DNA of 64,000 nt from Lophium mytilinum. Lineage: Eukaryota. Each line of letters starts with the position of its first letter. The stretch's first letter is position 1. A program made the position numbers and the translations under genes. The stretch spans positions 744,001-808,000 of the forward strand of contig MU004195.1 of the NCBI GenBank assembly GCA_010093605.1. The letters run 5' to 3'. Shown piece by piece: positions 11,401-24,960 of the stretch. The notes beneath the pieces are model-generated. The model was given only the letters and a program-made list of their open reading frames with translations. It had not been told where the DNA came from and searched no databases.

Positions 11401-12609
11401 TAGCAGAGCTCAGGAAGGTGGCAATGCTCAGACAAGACAGCAGTGTCGTCCAAAGTTCCAATTGAAACTCTACAGTAGTTGCTACTTCAATCCCTCCACA
11501 ATTAGTCGGGGAGGGTGCCGTTTCTAGGCTTTCCGCAGTGGACGGACATGGAAAAGATGAACCAGAGCGTTGGACAGCCTCCCGATGCCAGGCATCCAGG
11601 CCTCCCGGAATCACGCCATGTGAATACAGCTCCAACTCTTACATCCAATCCCCTAGACAAGACGTCCTATCAAAACAGCGGTTAACCGGCCACCCAGGAC
11701 CTGTACCTACTTACCCCAGAAACGTTCGTGTTTGGAGTACCTGATCTATACCAAACAGCTAAAGCGTTGGCTCCACGACACCGACGATTTGGCAAGTTTC
11801 GCGCAATGGCTTTCGCATTCCTATGCCGTGAGCTAGCGCACGCTCTGTCAGATATACAAAGCGTGCTTCCAATCTACTGGGCACCAGACGGCGCGAGCGA
11901 GACTACGTTTATGTTCCCTAACTTTCTAGCACTATCTACTCTCCTTGATGGCCGACAGGTTGTGTTGCCGTTCAAATGCAACATTCAGGGAACTTGGGAG
12001 CCGCGATGGTATAACGACGTCTGAGAGTTGCGTGGGGTTCTCGGGGACGGCATTGGGCAACCTCGGTTTACTCCAAACTTATCACAGCCTTCTAAGCTAT
12101 ATGCTACGTTATCAAAGCTTGCGGATCGGATCCTACACACGGCACATTCCATCGCGTGGACAACAGAGCCGCCCACTCAGCCATTTTCGCGGGTTTCCAC
12201 AACCGAATTCCACCTCACAGCGCCAGCGCCGCTTAGTGCTCTACCTTTTACGCTCCGTAGTGGCGGAAGAGATGTATCTGTGGATGGCGAGCCAAGCTGC
12301 GATATGTTTGCTGGCTGTATGGGCAAGCCAGTCGCAGGCTCCATATACTGCGAAGGCCACTTCAACCAATGGGTTTGTCTGGGGTCGCTTAAGGATATAG
12401 GGTCGGTTCTAGCGGGCCAAGGCGTCAGAGACGAACTGCCTGGAGCAACTCTATACCCGGTGAAACAGTCGTTGGCTCTATGTACCGTCCACAAAGCACT
12501 TTGTCCAGACTCTTCAATTAGGCGAGAGGACTTCCATGACGCGGCGGTGGACACGCAGGCTTTATTTGATGTCTTGGAGGCAGCCATGGCATGCGCCAAT
12601 ACTAAGTAG
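11401..12609 (+). pseudogene. Degenerate gene; C-terminus resembles a DEDDh exonuclease ExoIII motif
   Basis: ORFs 11728-12024 and 12028-12609 share one frame, split by a TGA. Further in-frame TAG/TAA at 11401, 11476, 11503 and 11683. Ends FHDAAVDTQALFDVL. Confidence 0.5.
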
Positions 12610-12826
12610 CTAGGGGAGGACGGTTCGGCTACTTGTATTTCGTGTTCAGCTGGAGCCTGTAAACTCTTAGGCTACTCGGAAAATCGGTGGTTTTTTCATG
12701 CCCATGATGTGGTAATACTCTTAAATATATCCTCTTTCTTACGCACTGGGGACTTCCGCGTGGATTCTAGAACGCAGGCAGTGATGGGAAGCTATACCGA
12801 ACCCGCGATTGCCAGGCGTGTTGAGG

Positions 12827-13500
12827 TCAAGGGATGCATGGAGGATGCAATACCACACTGTAAAATTGAATAAACCATTTCATCACTGCTGGGCTTATGC
12901 CTTGCTCGTTCAATGCGACTGCAAGGGGTGGTCCAGCTAGTACGTGTTGAACCATCTTAAGGGTAGCCTCGATATCCACTGCGTCGACCTTGACAATGGT
13001 ACTGCTACTACAATTATGGACCATAAAGCTGGACACACAGATTTATCACAGCCTGAGTCCAATCCTGCTCGGTCGACACCACTGTAAGGGGTGGCCTGGC
13101 TGGTAGGTATGTGCTTATCTAAAAGGTAGCTTAATATCTACTACATCGAGCTCACAGCAGAAGAAATGTTCTCTTGTCCGTCTGAGAACCGAAGAGTCTG
13201 CAGCAGCCAACTCATAGGGCATAGATCGCCATCCTTGCTGATGGGTCAGGCAAGCCGGCGGTCACAAGATGAGAACGATGCTTGGCTGTCATGATCCTAT
13301 TACGCAAGGATTCAAAGATGGTGGCGGGGTCTCCTGGACTGGCTCGTACCTTTGTAATATTCAGCTTCAAATACACTGCATGACCCTTGGAAAAGGTGCC
13401 TTGCAAACGTCTTTCGAGGTGCCTGACGACGGATTAGAGGAAAGTCGTTTCTTGAACAGTATCCTTGATGGCTGCGGAGACGAATCTGGGGAATCCAGCA
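12827..13500 (-). pseudogene. Degenerate gene fragments of unknown family
   Basis: Protein-like frame AGFPRFVSAAIKDTVQETTFL*SVVRHLERRLQGTFSKGHAVYLKL with TAA at 13436-13434; second fragment at 12827-13036. Confidence 0.35.
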
Positions 13501-13908
13501 GGCATCGCATCGCATTTATCTATGGCTGCTCCGCTACAGTACATCTCAACCCAAGGATGTGGCCCAAAAGTAAGCATATCCGTGTAGCCGTGTAGAAAGA
13601 AAGCGGCCGTGCGCCCTGGCCGGCGTTTGCCCTGCGTGCCTATTCTCGCTCGGGAGAGAGTGTCAGGTAGCCCAGAACTCGATCATCCTTCCCTACACCG
13701 TGACCATTCTCTTGGAGTCTTGTCCCAGTGGTCTGCTAGTTGCATCTTGAGCTTTCGATGTCGATGCCCGCTTCTTCGCAATAGGCTTGATCCAGCTCCC
13801 GCGAGCCCTTTTGGATTCCGACCCTTGCGACGTCACTAGACTACCGCGTTATCCTCCACCTCCACTCCACACCAGCGGGCTCCCAACCAGCCCGCCAAAG
13901 CCGTCAAA

Positions 13909-16240
13909 ATTCCTCCCTCGTCGAACTCTCGGAGGCCTGCCAACATCCCCCTCCACACTCTTTCGTCTTCGTCACGCCCGCGGGACCTCGACTCAGCCTA
14001 TCTGCTCGAGGACGACGAGAAGAACAGCCCGCGATCCTCCTTCTCGTCGGCGACCGCTGCCTCGGAATTCTCCCTTTGGAGCGACACAGGCGATCTTGTC
14101 GACCAGCTTGCAGACGACGAGGATCCTCTCTCGAACCGCCTTCGCGAGTCCGTCGAGGGCGCTCCTCTCGTCACCCTCCCCAAGCACCGCAGGCACCAGA
14201 AACGAGTCCGATACCGATCCCAAGACAACACCAGAGAGAAGAAAGCACAGCCTGGAGTCGTTAAGAGGAAAGAGGATATAGAAATACCGAATCCTGCTCC
14301 CCGGATCATTTCTCGTGCAGAACGTACTATCGCTTTCATCATGGCTCCCCGAGATGGACCCTCCCGTATCCATGGGCTACATGGGAAGAAGCTCATGTGT
14401 GTCCCTACTACCCCCTCACCGTAGTGTACCAGCTCTAACAACCTCTCCCAGTTATTTCACAAGCGTGTTTGTATCATTAGGCGTTTTCTTGTTCGGATAT
14501 GATCAAGGTGTAATGTCAGGCATCATCACGTAAGTAAGGACAACATGTCTTGAATGCTGTTTCTGACTCTGTGATAGCGGTTCGTACTTCAAAGACTACT
14601 TTAATCAACCCTCGAGCGCCCAAATCGGCACAATGGTGGCAATCCTCGAAGTTGGTGCCCTAATATCATCTCTCGTCGTTGGAAGAGTTGGAGATATCAT
14701 CGGACGTCGAAGGACTATCCTATACGGCTCACTCATATTCTTAGTTGGCGGTGCTTGTCAAACATTTGCCAATGGTATGCCAATGATGATGCTGGGAAGA
14801 ATAATCGCTGGTCTCGGGGTGGGAGCGCTATCTACCATCGTCCCAGTGTATCAATCGGAGATCTCTCCGCCTCATAACCGCGGAAAGCTAGCCTGTATCG
14901 AATTTACAGGAAACATCAGTGGATATGCCGCAAGCGTCTGGGTTGATTACTTCTGCAGCTATATCAAGAGTGATTGGGCATGGAGGATACCATTGCTCAT
15001 GCAGTGTGCCATGGGTATACTACTCGCTGTCGGCAGTCTGCTCATCTGCGAGTCCCCAAGGTACTTCCATGTGCCGCTGCTTGGGAGTGTTATGTCCACT
15101 AACTTTATTCAGATGGTTGCTCGACAATGACCACGACGAAGAAGGTATTGTTGTTATTGCCAATCTTTACGGAAAGGGAGATATCCACAACCCCAAAGCG
15201 CGTGACGAATATCGCGAAATCAAGATGAACGTCCTGCTCGGACGGCAAGAAGGAGAGCGATCTTATGCCGATATGTTCAAACGATACTCCAAGCGCGTTT
15301 TTATTGCCATGTCCGCCCAAGCCCTCGCGCAACTCAATGGCATCAACGTCATATCGTATTATGCGCCACTAGTATTTGAAGAAGCCGGCTGGTACGGGCG
15401 TCGTGCCATTCTGATGACGGGAATCAACGCCATCACCTATCTGCTTTCCACCATACCACCCTGGTATGTTGTCGATAAATGGGGCCGACGTCCAATTCTC
15501 TTGACAGGCGCAATTGCTATGATGCTGTCGCTTTCTCTTATATCGTATTTCATCTACCTCCAGGCCAGCTGGACGCCCAATTGCGTCGTCCTATTTGTTA
15601 TGATATACAACGCCGCATTCGGCGCATCTTGGGGGCCGATACCTTGGCTATATCCGCCAGAGATCCTGCCTTTGAGCATCCGCGCAAAGGGCGCGAGTTT
15701 GAGTACAGCTTCGAATTGGGCTTTCAATTGGCTCGTAGGTGAGATGACGCCCATCTTGCAAGAATGGATCCAATGGCGGCTGTACCTCATTCATGCGTTC
15801 TTCTGCGCTGTCAGCTTTGTTGTTGGTAAGTTAATTCAGTGCCTATTAATCCAAAACGTAGAGGCTGACTTGATGCAGTATGGTTCATCTATCCCGAAAC
15901 GGCCAACGTTCGTTTGGAGGACATGAACTCCCTTTTCGGAGACGCAACTTCGGTCATGCCCACGCCCGCTACTCTCGCGGAAGCCGAATCTCTGTTCAGC
16001 GGACATGGTTCGCCCGTGCCATCGCTCGATATCCGACGGCCAGGCTTTGGCGCTGACAATGCTATTCCTGGCCTCGACATCAACCCGCCCGATGTGGGAG
16101 ATGAAGATAGAGCGGAGGCAGGCGAAGGCGTTGGCGGATGGATCTCGAATCTGGTCAAGAACGCTCGCGGCAAAGGCAACGATGATGACGCCCAAAGCGC
16201 CAAATACAAGCAGGTCCACCAAGATGACGAGGAGGAATGA
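13909..16240 (+). CDS. MFS sugar porter (monosaccharide transporter); first AUG at 14341, probable non-AUG extension from 13909
   Basis: LFGYDQGVMSG, GDIIGRR, PVYQSEISPPHNRG, AQLNGINVISYY, WGPIPWLYPPEILP and PET motifs. Introns 14397-14451, 14530-14577, 15061-15112 and ~15826-15878. Confidence 0.92.
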
Positions 16241-17175
16241 AAGATCCAGATCTCAATGTTGAGGATCATTTATTTCACATGCATCGTGTCCGGGGTGGCA
16301 CGATATCGAGCAAGAGTTTAGATGCGCGGCAGCACGATTTGTACATGGCGGCTGCCAGGCTGCGAGGCTGATTATAGAGAGTAGAGTGGGGGCGTTTTAC
16401 GTATGACGCGGCCGGGGGCTGCTCGATCAATCTCATTTTCATTTCGAAACGGCATTCTTGTACAGGTACCAGAATTAAATATATTTTGGACTCCCTTTAC
16501 TTTATGGAAGTCATGATATGACTGCTCGAGATCGTGGTGAATTATGCCTAATTTATACGTCGAAACATCGGCTAAACTTGCTCTTCAGAATAGTATACTG
16601 AATGTAGCCGCTTAACATGCATTTAAATTATATTAACGATCGACAACATGTGCCTTTTGTTCCCCGAAGTTGTAATTCAGAATCATTTAATGTGTTTGTG
16701 GAGAGCTTTAGTTGCTACCTAAGTAGGAGGCACGTAGACAGACAGCCTAGATCGAACGTTGCGGCGCCACCCCTTGGGCTCAGCCCTGCAGAAAGGGGAA
16801 AAGAGACGACGTGGTCTGTTCGTCTCTTCGTGCCAAGACCGCTGGACCTCTCGAAATAGATGCGCGCAAGGGCACCACCACGGATTCCCAAAACTCTCTG
16901 CGCTGCATTCAACGAGGCAGACGCGTTCGCTTTCACGAGGGTGCTCTTCTTTGCACGAATTGCTATTCTCTACCGCCTTTGTAATATATAACCCTTCGCT
17001 TCTCTTCTTTCTCGGGCTTGAGAACTGCTCCTTGTTCAGCCTCCTCACTCCCTGGGCACAGGAGCTCTCCGCCCACGTCCCTTACCTTCTCCTCATTTCT
17101 TCACCGAGACCACGCATAACTTTACGTAGCCCTCTGGCCCCCTAAAGATCTCCTCAATTCCTTCGACCCGTCACC

Positions 17176-19667
17176 ATGGCGGCGACGGCCCAACAGCCGT
17201 ATTCGACGGGCGCCGACACCCAGGCGGATGAGCTACGGAGAAGAAACGTAGCTGGTCAACCACAGGCGGCGCAGACTGAGCAGGCGCCTATTCAAGAGAA
17301 GTCGAAAGAAAAGGTAGCTGTCTCGCTGTTCGAAGACCTCCCCGGTGGCTAATTTGGCCGCAGGCATTCTCCATCATCTCCGCATTCAAAGAATACGAAC
17401 CCATATTTGCTCCCACAATATTCACTGCACTTTCCTTATTCACACGATTATGGAAGATCGGCGCTTCCAATATAGTGACATGGGACGAGGCACAGTAAGA
17501 TCACAGGCCTTGTCCGCGCAGGAATATATAATGGATCGAAGTGCTAATACTCTGAACAGTTTCGGGAAATTTGGCTCTCACTACCTCAAACGGGAATTCT
17601 ACTTCGATGTCCACCCTCCACTGGGAAAGATGTTGGTCGGTTTGTCTGGATATATGGCTGGATACAATGGATCTTTCGAGTTCAAGTCGGGCGAGCAATA
17701 CCCTCCGGAGCTCAACTACACATTCATGCGGCAATTCAACGCGATATTTGGAGCGCTCTGTGTGCCCCTGGCATACTTCACAGCCAAGGAGTTAAACCTC
17801 AAGAAACACACGGTCTGGCTGATTACCATGATGGTTCTATTCGAGAACTCATACACCACGATCAGCAGATTCATCCTGCTTGACTCCATGCTGCTCTTCT
17901 TCACCTTCACGACCGTCTTCGCTTGGTCCAAATTCCACAGCCTGCAAAAAGACCCCTTTTCTCCGGCTTGGGGCCTATGGTTGATGTTGACCGGTGTCTC
18001 AATTGGCTGTGTCACTAGTGTGAAGTGGGTTGGGTTCTTCGTAACGGCCTTGGTGGGACTTTACACTATTGAAGATCTCTGGAACAAGTTTGGCGACCTC
18101 AAGATGAAAAAGGTAGGACCGAGATAGAATCATAACTTGAAGGTAGATGCTGACTGAAGCAGGTGGAATTGGCCAGTCACTTAGGTTTCCGCGTATTCGG
18201 TCTGATCATCATTCCCCTCATGGTCTACATGTTCTCCTTCTTCATGCACTTCCTCATCCTCGAGAACAGCGGACCCGGAGATGCCCAGATGAGCTCCCTT
18301 TTCCAGGCCAACTTGAGGGGTACCGAGGTTGGAAAAGATAGCCCATTGGAGGTTGCATATGGCTCTCGCGCAACTCTCAAGAACATGGGTTACGGAGGTG
18401 GTCTTCTTCACTCTCATCACCAAACCTACCCGGAGGGTTCTACTCAGCAACAGATAACCTGCTACCACCACAAGGACGCCAACAATGACTGGTTCTTCTA
18501 TCCCAACCGCGGTGAAGTCGAGTATCAGCCTGAAGAGGAGATCCGTTATCCTGGCAATGGCGACACCATTCGTCTCATCCACGCTCAAACTGGCCGTAAC
18601 CTCCACTCTCATCAAGTCGCCGCTCCCGTTACCAAGGCTGACTGGGAAGTTTCTTGCTACGGCAACACAACTGTTGGAGACACTAAGGACCATTGGATCG
18701 TCGAAATTGTGCGCGATGCGGCCTCGAGAGATCACTCGAAGCTCCGCACTTTGACTACGGCGTTCCGCTTGAAGCACGCAGATCTTGGATGCTACCTCCG
18801 CGCTGGCAATGTAAACCTGCCTCAGTGGGGTTTCAAGCAGATTGAAGTCACCTGCACCAAGGATAACAAGCCGCGGGATGTCTTTACCCACTGGAATGTT
18901 GAGAGCCATGTCAACGAAAAGCGTAAGTTCTGAACCTCAATCACGAGATTGAATGTACTAACGCGTATTTTAGTCGAGCCCGGTGACCCAGGCTCCTACA
19001 AGTCCCCGTTCTTCCAAGACTTCATCCATCTCAACGTCGCCATGATGACCTCCAACAACGCGCTTGTCCCCGACCCAGACAAGCAAGACGATCTCGCCTC
19101 CCAATTCTGGCAATGGCCCCTGCTTCACGTCGGTCTCCGCATGTGCGGCTGGGACGATAGCAGTCCGTCCCCTTCCCCTTTCCCGCATCCTCTAAACTAA
19201 CAAATCACGCAGTCACGAAATACTTCCTGCTCGGCAACCCCGCCGTCTACTGGACCTCCACCGCCTCCCTCGGCATCTTCGCCCTCATCGTCGGCTGGTA
19301 CCTCATCCGCTGGCAGCGCGGCTACACCGAGCTCAAGCCCGCGGATATCGACCACATCCACTACGCCGGCCTCTACCCCGTCATCGGCTGGTTCCTGCAC
19401 TACATCCCCTTTGTCGCCATGGCCCGTGTCACCTACGTGCATCACTACTACCCCGCGCTGTATTTCGCCATCCTAACGGCTGGATTCGTGATTGACTGGT
19501 TCACGAGAGGCCTGGGACCGAAGGTTAAGGCCGGGCTGTTCTTGGCCATGTACAGTGTGGTCATAGGGCTGTTCATACTGTTTAGCCCGATCTGCTTTGG
19601 CATGACGGGGAGTAACCAGCAGTATAAGTACCTGAAGTGGTTCCCGAGCTGGAGGGTGACGGATTAG
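17176..19667 (+). CDS. PMT2: Dolichyl-phosphate-mannose protein O-mannosyltransferase, PMT2 subfamily
   Basis: [35 protein letters not shown] domains (LLHSH, NLHSH); [37 protein letters not shown]. Confidence 0.95.
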
Positions 19668-20785
19668 ACGACTTCGGATCTGTAACAGGTTCAGGCCTCG
19701 TGGGTTAGAGGGATACCAAAAGCAAATGGGAATGGGAGGGGGAGTGCAGGAGCCAGCTGGGTGGTGGGGTGTTGGCTTTGTAATATTTTTTTCCCTGCTC
19801 TCTCCTTTGGTGAGCTTGGTGGGTTGGTCTCTGCTCTTTTCTGCTTCTTTTGTAGTCGTAGGGGGGTATGGGTTTGGGTAGGTTGGGGGAGAGGGCGTGT
19901 TAGTTAGAGTGGAGATTATGGGATCGGAGTTGCTCTGATTGATTTTGGGGAAAGTTTTGGTGAATGTGTGAGTGATGAGAACGCATTAGGCCGGTGTGGT
20001 CCCTACGATGTGTAAGCTAGGTGGGCTGTTAGAGATTGTGGGGGATGGTTATGGTCGATGATGGATTGGCTAGTATGATCCGGTCAGGTCAGCACACATG
20101 CGGTCAGTACACATGCTTGAGAGTTCTATTGTGCATGGAGGCTCACAAAATAAATAAGCCAAAGCAGTCCCGGCCTGCCTCCCACATTGAACTTCGAAAC
20201 CGGCTTCGCCGAGGAAATGACGCTTAGCCAACGACCTTCTGGTACCGGCAGATGCGCGTGGCGGGCGTTCAGCCAACGTTTTGGACTTAACAAGGTTGGG
20301 ATTCTAGAGGCAGAAGGCTCGCTAACCCACAAGCCAAATATATCCGAGGGTCAGGACACGCCGTAGCTTTTAGGAAGGTACGTACGCGGCAGGCAGGCAC
20401 GGCACGGCAGAGGGGCAGCTTAGGCGATGGAAAGCTTGTGGAAGCTTGTCCGTCTCGCACCGCCTCGCTAACCCGCATACGGCATCTGCGTCACGTATCG
20501 CGATCCACATGGCGCATCAACCGCATGGGATTGGATGCTCGTCCGTATACGCAGTTTGCCTGTCTTATCTCCCTTGTGTCCTCCACGCTGAACGTACGTC
20601 GTCAATCAAATGGCAAGTTCCTGCCAGAGCTTTAGCCAGGCGGTGCTGTTGAAAGCCTGTCGGACTGCGTCTCCGCGGATCTACAAAATGGCAAGCTTCT
20701 GCCTTCATCAATCACTGTTGTTTGCCCAGCTTCCTGGGCACAGTTCGACCAGACTGTTCTCACCGTCGGTTGAGTACTGTCAAGC

Positions 20786-22780
20786 ATGAAGGCCACAGCC
20801 GGATGCGCTCTTCTCGGAGCGCTCTTGGCAGCCTTGCCCGCACAAGCCTACCGTATACCGGCATCCGCCAAGCGCGACGTTGACACCCGATATCCCTACA
20901 CCGGTAAGAGCTCTTCACATCTTCCTATCTATTAACTCCTTCATTTTCTCACTGCTGTATAGGCCCTGCCGTCCCTGTTGGTGACTGGGTCGACCCCACT
21001 GTCAACGGCAATGGCAAAGGCTTCCCTCGTCTCGTCGAGTCTCCCGCCGTGAAACCCGCTTCGCCCAAACCTCGCAATAACGTCAATGTCATCTCGTTGT
21101 CGTACATACCGAACGGCGTCAATATCCACTACCAAACTCCATTCGGTTTGAGTAGAGCGCCTTCCGTCCAATGGGGACGTTTCCCATTCTTGCTGAGGAA
21201 CCAGGCTCTTGGTACTTCCAGCTGGTAAGTAGCCCAATCATCATCGCCCTTTCCTCTGCGTATGAGTTCTGACGTGATTAACAGGTATGATCGTACTCCT
21301 CCCTGCTCCGAGGTCGTAGTCACCCAATGCAGTCAATTCTTCCATGATGTCCAGATCACCAACCTGAAACCCGATACCACGTACTACTACCAGATCCCGT
21401 CTGCCAATGGCACAACCACTTCTCATGTCATGAGCTTCAAGACTGCCCGCTCTGCAGGAGACACATCTTCTTTCTCCATGGCTGTTTTGAACGATATGGG
21501 TTACACCAATGCCCAGGGTACCTATAAGCAGCTCAACCAAGCCGTCGACCAGGAAGGCGTGTCTTTCGCCTGGCACGGTGGTGATATCAGCTATGCTGAT
21601 GATTGGTACTCTGGCATTCTCCCTTGCGCTTCTGACTGGCCCGTCTGCTACAATGGTACCAACAGCGAACTGCCACTGGGTGTTGACAACCCTGACTACC
21701 TCACCCCTCTCCCTGCTGGAGAAATCGCCAATCAAGGTGGTCCACTTGGAGGTGACATGAGCGTCCTTTACGAATCGAATTGGGATCTTTGGCAACAATG
21801 GATGAACAAGCTCAGCGTCAAGATTCCTTACATGGTACTTCCTGGCAACCACGAAGCTGCATGTGCCGAGTTTGACGGACCCGGCAATATCCTGACTGGT
21901 TACCTGAATGACGACAAGGCCAATACAACTGTAGCTAAATCAGGCCTTACATATTACAGCTGCCCGCCTTCCCAAAGGTGAGCTTGACTTGTCCATTGTA
22001 TGAAGCTTTCCTAATTGGTACAGAAACTACACTGCCTATCAGCACCGGTTCCGCATGCCTGGAGCCGAGTCGGGAGGTGTCAGTAACTTCTGGTATTCCT
22101 TCGATTATGGCCTTGCTCACTTTGTGGCCCTCGATGGCGAGACCGACTTCGCATACAGCCCTGAGTGGCCATTCGTTCGGGACAACGCGGATGGTCTGCC
22201 AACAGAGACTCAGACATTTGTCACTGACAGTGGCCCATTCGGTGCCATCAACGGCAACTGGACCGACAACACAGCTTACGAGCAATATCAGTGGTTGAAG
22301 AAGGACCTCGAGAGCATCGACCGCAAGCTGACTCCTTGGGTCATTGTTATGAGCCATCGTCCCATGTACAGCAGCCAAGTCTCATCGTACCAGAAGAACG
22401 TCCGCAACGCTTTCGAAGGTCTCCTGCTCGAGAACGGAGTCGACCTTTACTTGTCCGGCCACATTCACTGGTATGAACGTCTTTTCCCTTTGGGAACGAA
22501 CGGTACTATCGACAAGGCGTCTATCAAAGACTCAAACACTTACTATACCAATCCTGGAAAGTCCATGACCCACATCATCAACGGCATGGCCGGTAACATC
22601 GAGAGCCACAGTACACTTAGCACTGGAGCGACTCAGGCAAATATCACCAATGTTCTTGACCAGAAGCACTATGGATTCAGCAAGCTTACTGTTCATGACT
22701 CGAAGAAGCTTACCTGGTCGTTTATCAAGGGTGATGGTTCAGGAATTGGGGATGAGTTGACTTTGATCAAAAAACAGTAG
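20786..22780 (+). CDS. Secreted purple acid phosphatase (AphA-like metallophosphoesterase)
   Basis: Signal peptide MKATAGCALLGALLAALPAQA; metal-binding motifs NDMG, GDISYAD, GNHE, SHRPMY and GHIHWYER. Confidence 0.93.
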
Positions 22781-23363
22781 CTATAAGAAAGAGCTTGTTG
22801 GTAGTGTCGTTGGTGATCTATTCGTCACAAGTCATGTAGATAGAGTAAGGAAAGAGATTCCAAGTTCTCCGCCTTTTCCTCTTTAGCTACAAATTCATGA
22901 CGGTAATTTCGATATATTGCAGGGACTAGAAAATGAATTACCAGAAATACCTTCTACGCGGCCACAAACTCGGGTGTAGGCGCCAGGATGAATATTACTA
23001 CATCATCGGTGCTCAATTTGGTTACGGGTGAGCAGTGGTAATGCTCGATTAGGCTAGCCAAAATACGGAACATGAAACCCCTCCAGTTTCCGAGGTCTTT
23101 CATTGAAGGTTGATGCGAATATATGCATACTGGGTCGGCCTGCCCTGCAACAGTTGGGCGGCCTTCTTAGGTCCGGCTTATGGCTTCCTAGGTCCGGTTT
23201 ATGGAAGATTGTTTAGCATATACAGTCCTAGTTTTCCGCTATTCTACTTCTTAACCCGTTAAGAACATGACCAAGCTAACTTATTTCTGGAAGAATCATC
23301 TAGATCTATTAAGCTTTAATTTTTAAAATCTCTAAAAGTTACTTAAGGCTAGTTTATAGATGC

Positions 23364-24960
23364 TTAACAGCAATGTAGGCTAAACCCATACATTGATATG
23401 AAGGCAGAAGAAGACAAGCACGACTGCGAGTCTAAGAGGAAAGCTTTACATCCCTTACAACTTTCGAGAGATCGATGGCGGAGATAGCATTCGTTGGCGG
23501 TTACTGTGCCGATGTTGAAGTCTGGATCACAGGCGTACTCATTCTCCTTTCCATATTCAGCTGCGCAGTCCTGATTTAGGTGGAGATCTGCTCCTAGATC
23601 ATACGGAGAAGCTCTGTGCGGGCATGCCTCTAGACTGTGCGAAAGAGGGTCGTCCCAAGCCCCAAGGATGCGCGGGGCTGAGTTGAAGTCTGTTGCGAAT
23701 TGGCGGCTTTGTGAGGGTTCTTCAATAGAGGTCCAGAAGTCACCAGCGTAGATATCGTTTGGTTCTGTGAAGAAGAACTGCCAGTCTTGGGGATGCGGGC
23801 CTTGAGTAAAGTAAAGAAGCTTGGGAAAGTCGCTGGGTGCTTAGTGTTAGTACGTCGTTTCATGAATGAAGCGGTAATGACATGCCTGCTCATACCATGA
23901 TTCAATGCGCCCTCAAAGTCTAATGTGTCCTCGGTCTCTCCATATGTGAGCAGATCTACGCCGGCCATGGATAATTCGATGAGCCAGACATCCAGGAGTC
24001 TATCAAACCGGCGGAAATGGGACCACCTTTCGACATACCTAACCATGGTCTGTCGAATCAGGCTGCACAGTGGTGTTCGTCCGTGCTTATCCACAGCATG
24101 TACAGGTGCTCCAGCGCTCAATGTATCTCGCAATAGCGTACGCCAAGGGTGTTGGTAGTTTTCAGGCCTGTAAGGCTGTCTCCACACCACGGCGTCGCAG
24201 CAGTCGTCAAATACACCCCTGTGTCCAGGACGATTTCGCCCAAAATCTCCAAACCCCCACCGCAGTGCGATGTGATGGAGTAGAGTTCGGCCGTCAGAGT
24301 CCACGTGACTGACAGCTTCCTTGCCCAGGGTACTTCCTAAGACTGACCTGATCAAGTCCGGAACGTTTTGCCATCCGCCGGCACGGATATTTTTCGCTAG
24401 CTCGAACCGCTGAGCAAGTGGGACGTTGGAATATGAGGGGAACACCTGCTGAACGAGATAGCCCAATAGGCTTTTGGGCATGTTTTGGCGCGTAATCACA
24501 CTGATATCTTCAATTAGTGTCTCATCAGCCCCGCTGTTAATCAGTAAACGACAGATGTCCCAAACAGGACGCCTGCAGTGGAAGGCTAGATGAGAAGCCC
24601 AGAAGGTTAAAGTGTGTAATGGGGTCCTGGAACAGTTGCTTAGCGGACGCGTTAAGGGATAAACGAGCTACTTACTGGTTGTTGTCGGAGTATGCCAGGG
24701 GTTCGGCACCTGAGTCAAAGAGAAGTCTGCAGACCTCGAGGTGGCCACCTCTCGCTGCAAACTATTGCCGCAGAAGATGGGGTTAGCAACTTCTATCACC
24801 ACATTTGACTATTTTCTTGCTTACGTGTAGTGCGGTCTGACCAGATGTGTCCTCAATGTCCATCACAGATGCTTCTCCATCTGCCAACATCTTCTGCATA
24901 CCTGTAACGTTCCCTCTCGCAGCTAGAGCAAACAGATCATGAGTAGCGGGCAGCCGACGA
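23364..24960 (-). CDS. Fungal ankyrin-repeat protein; 5' end unclear or possibly disrupted
   Basis: Spliced exons give GQTALH|FAARGGHLEVCRLLFDSGA and TPLH, GRTLLH, GRTPL ankyrin motifs. C-terminal GPHPQDWQFFFTEPNDIYAGDFW is reached via a GC-AG intron (23885-23833). Confidence 0.7.

Noticed and set aside
18181..18909. 242-aa antisense ORF in PMT2 (likewise 31267-32097, 55412-56086 and 56321-57034)
   Set aside because: Antisense shadows of conserved genes explained by codon bias; no independent motifs.
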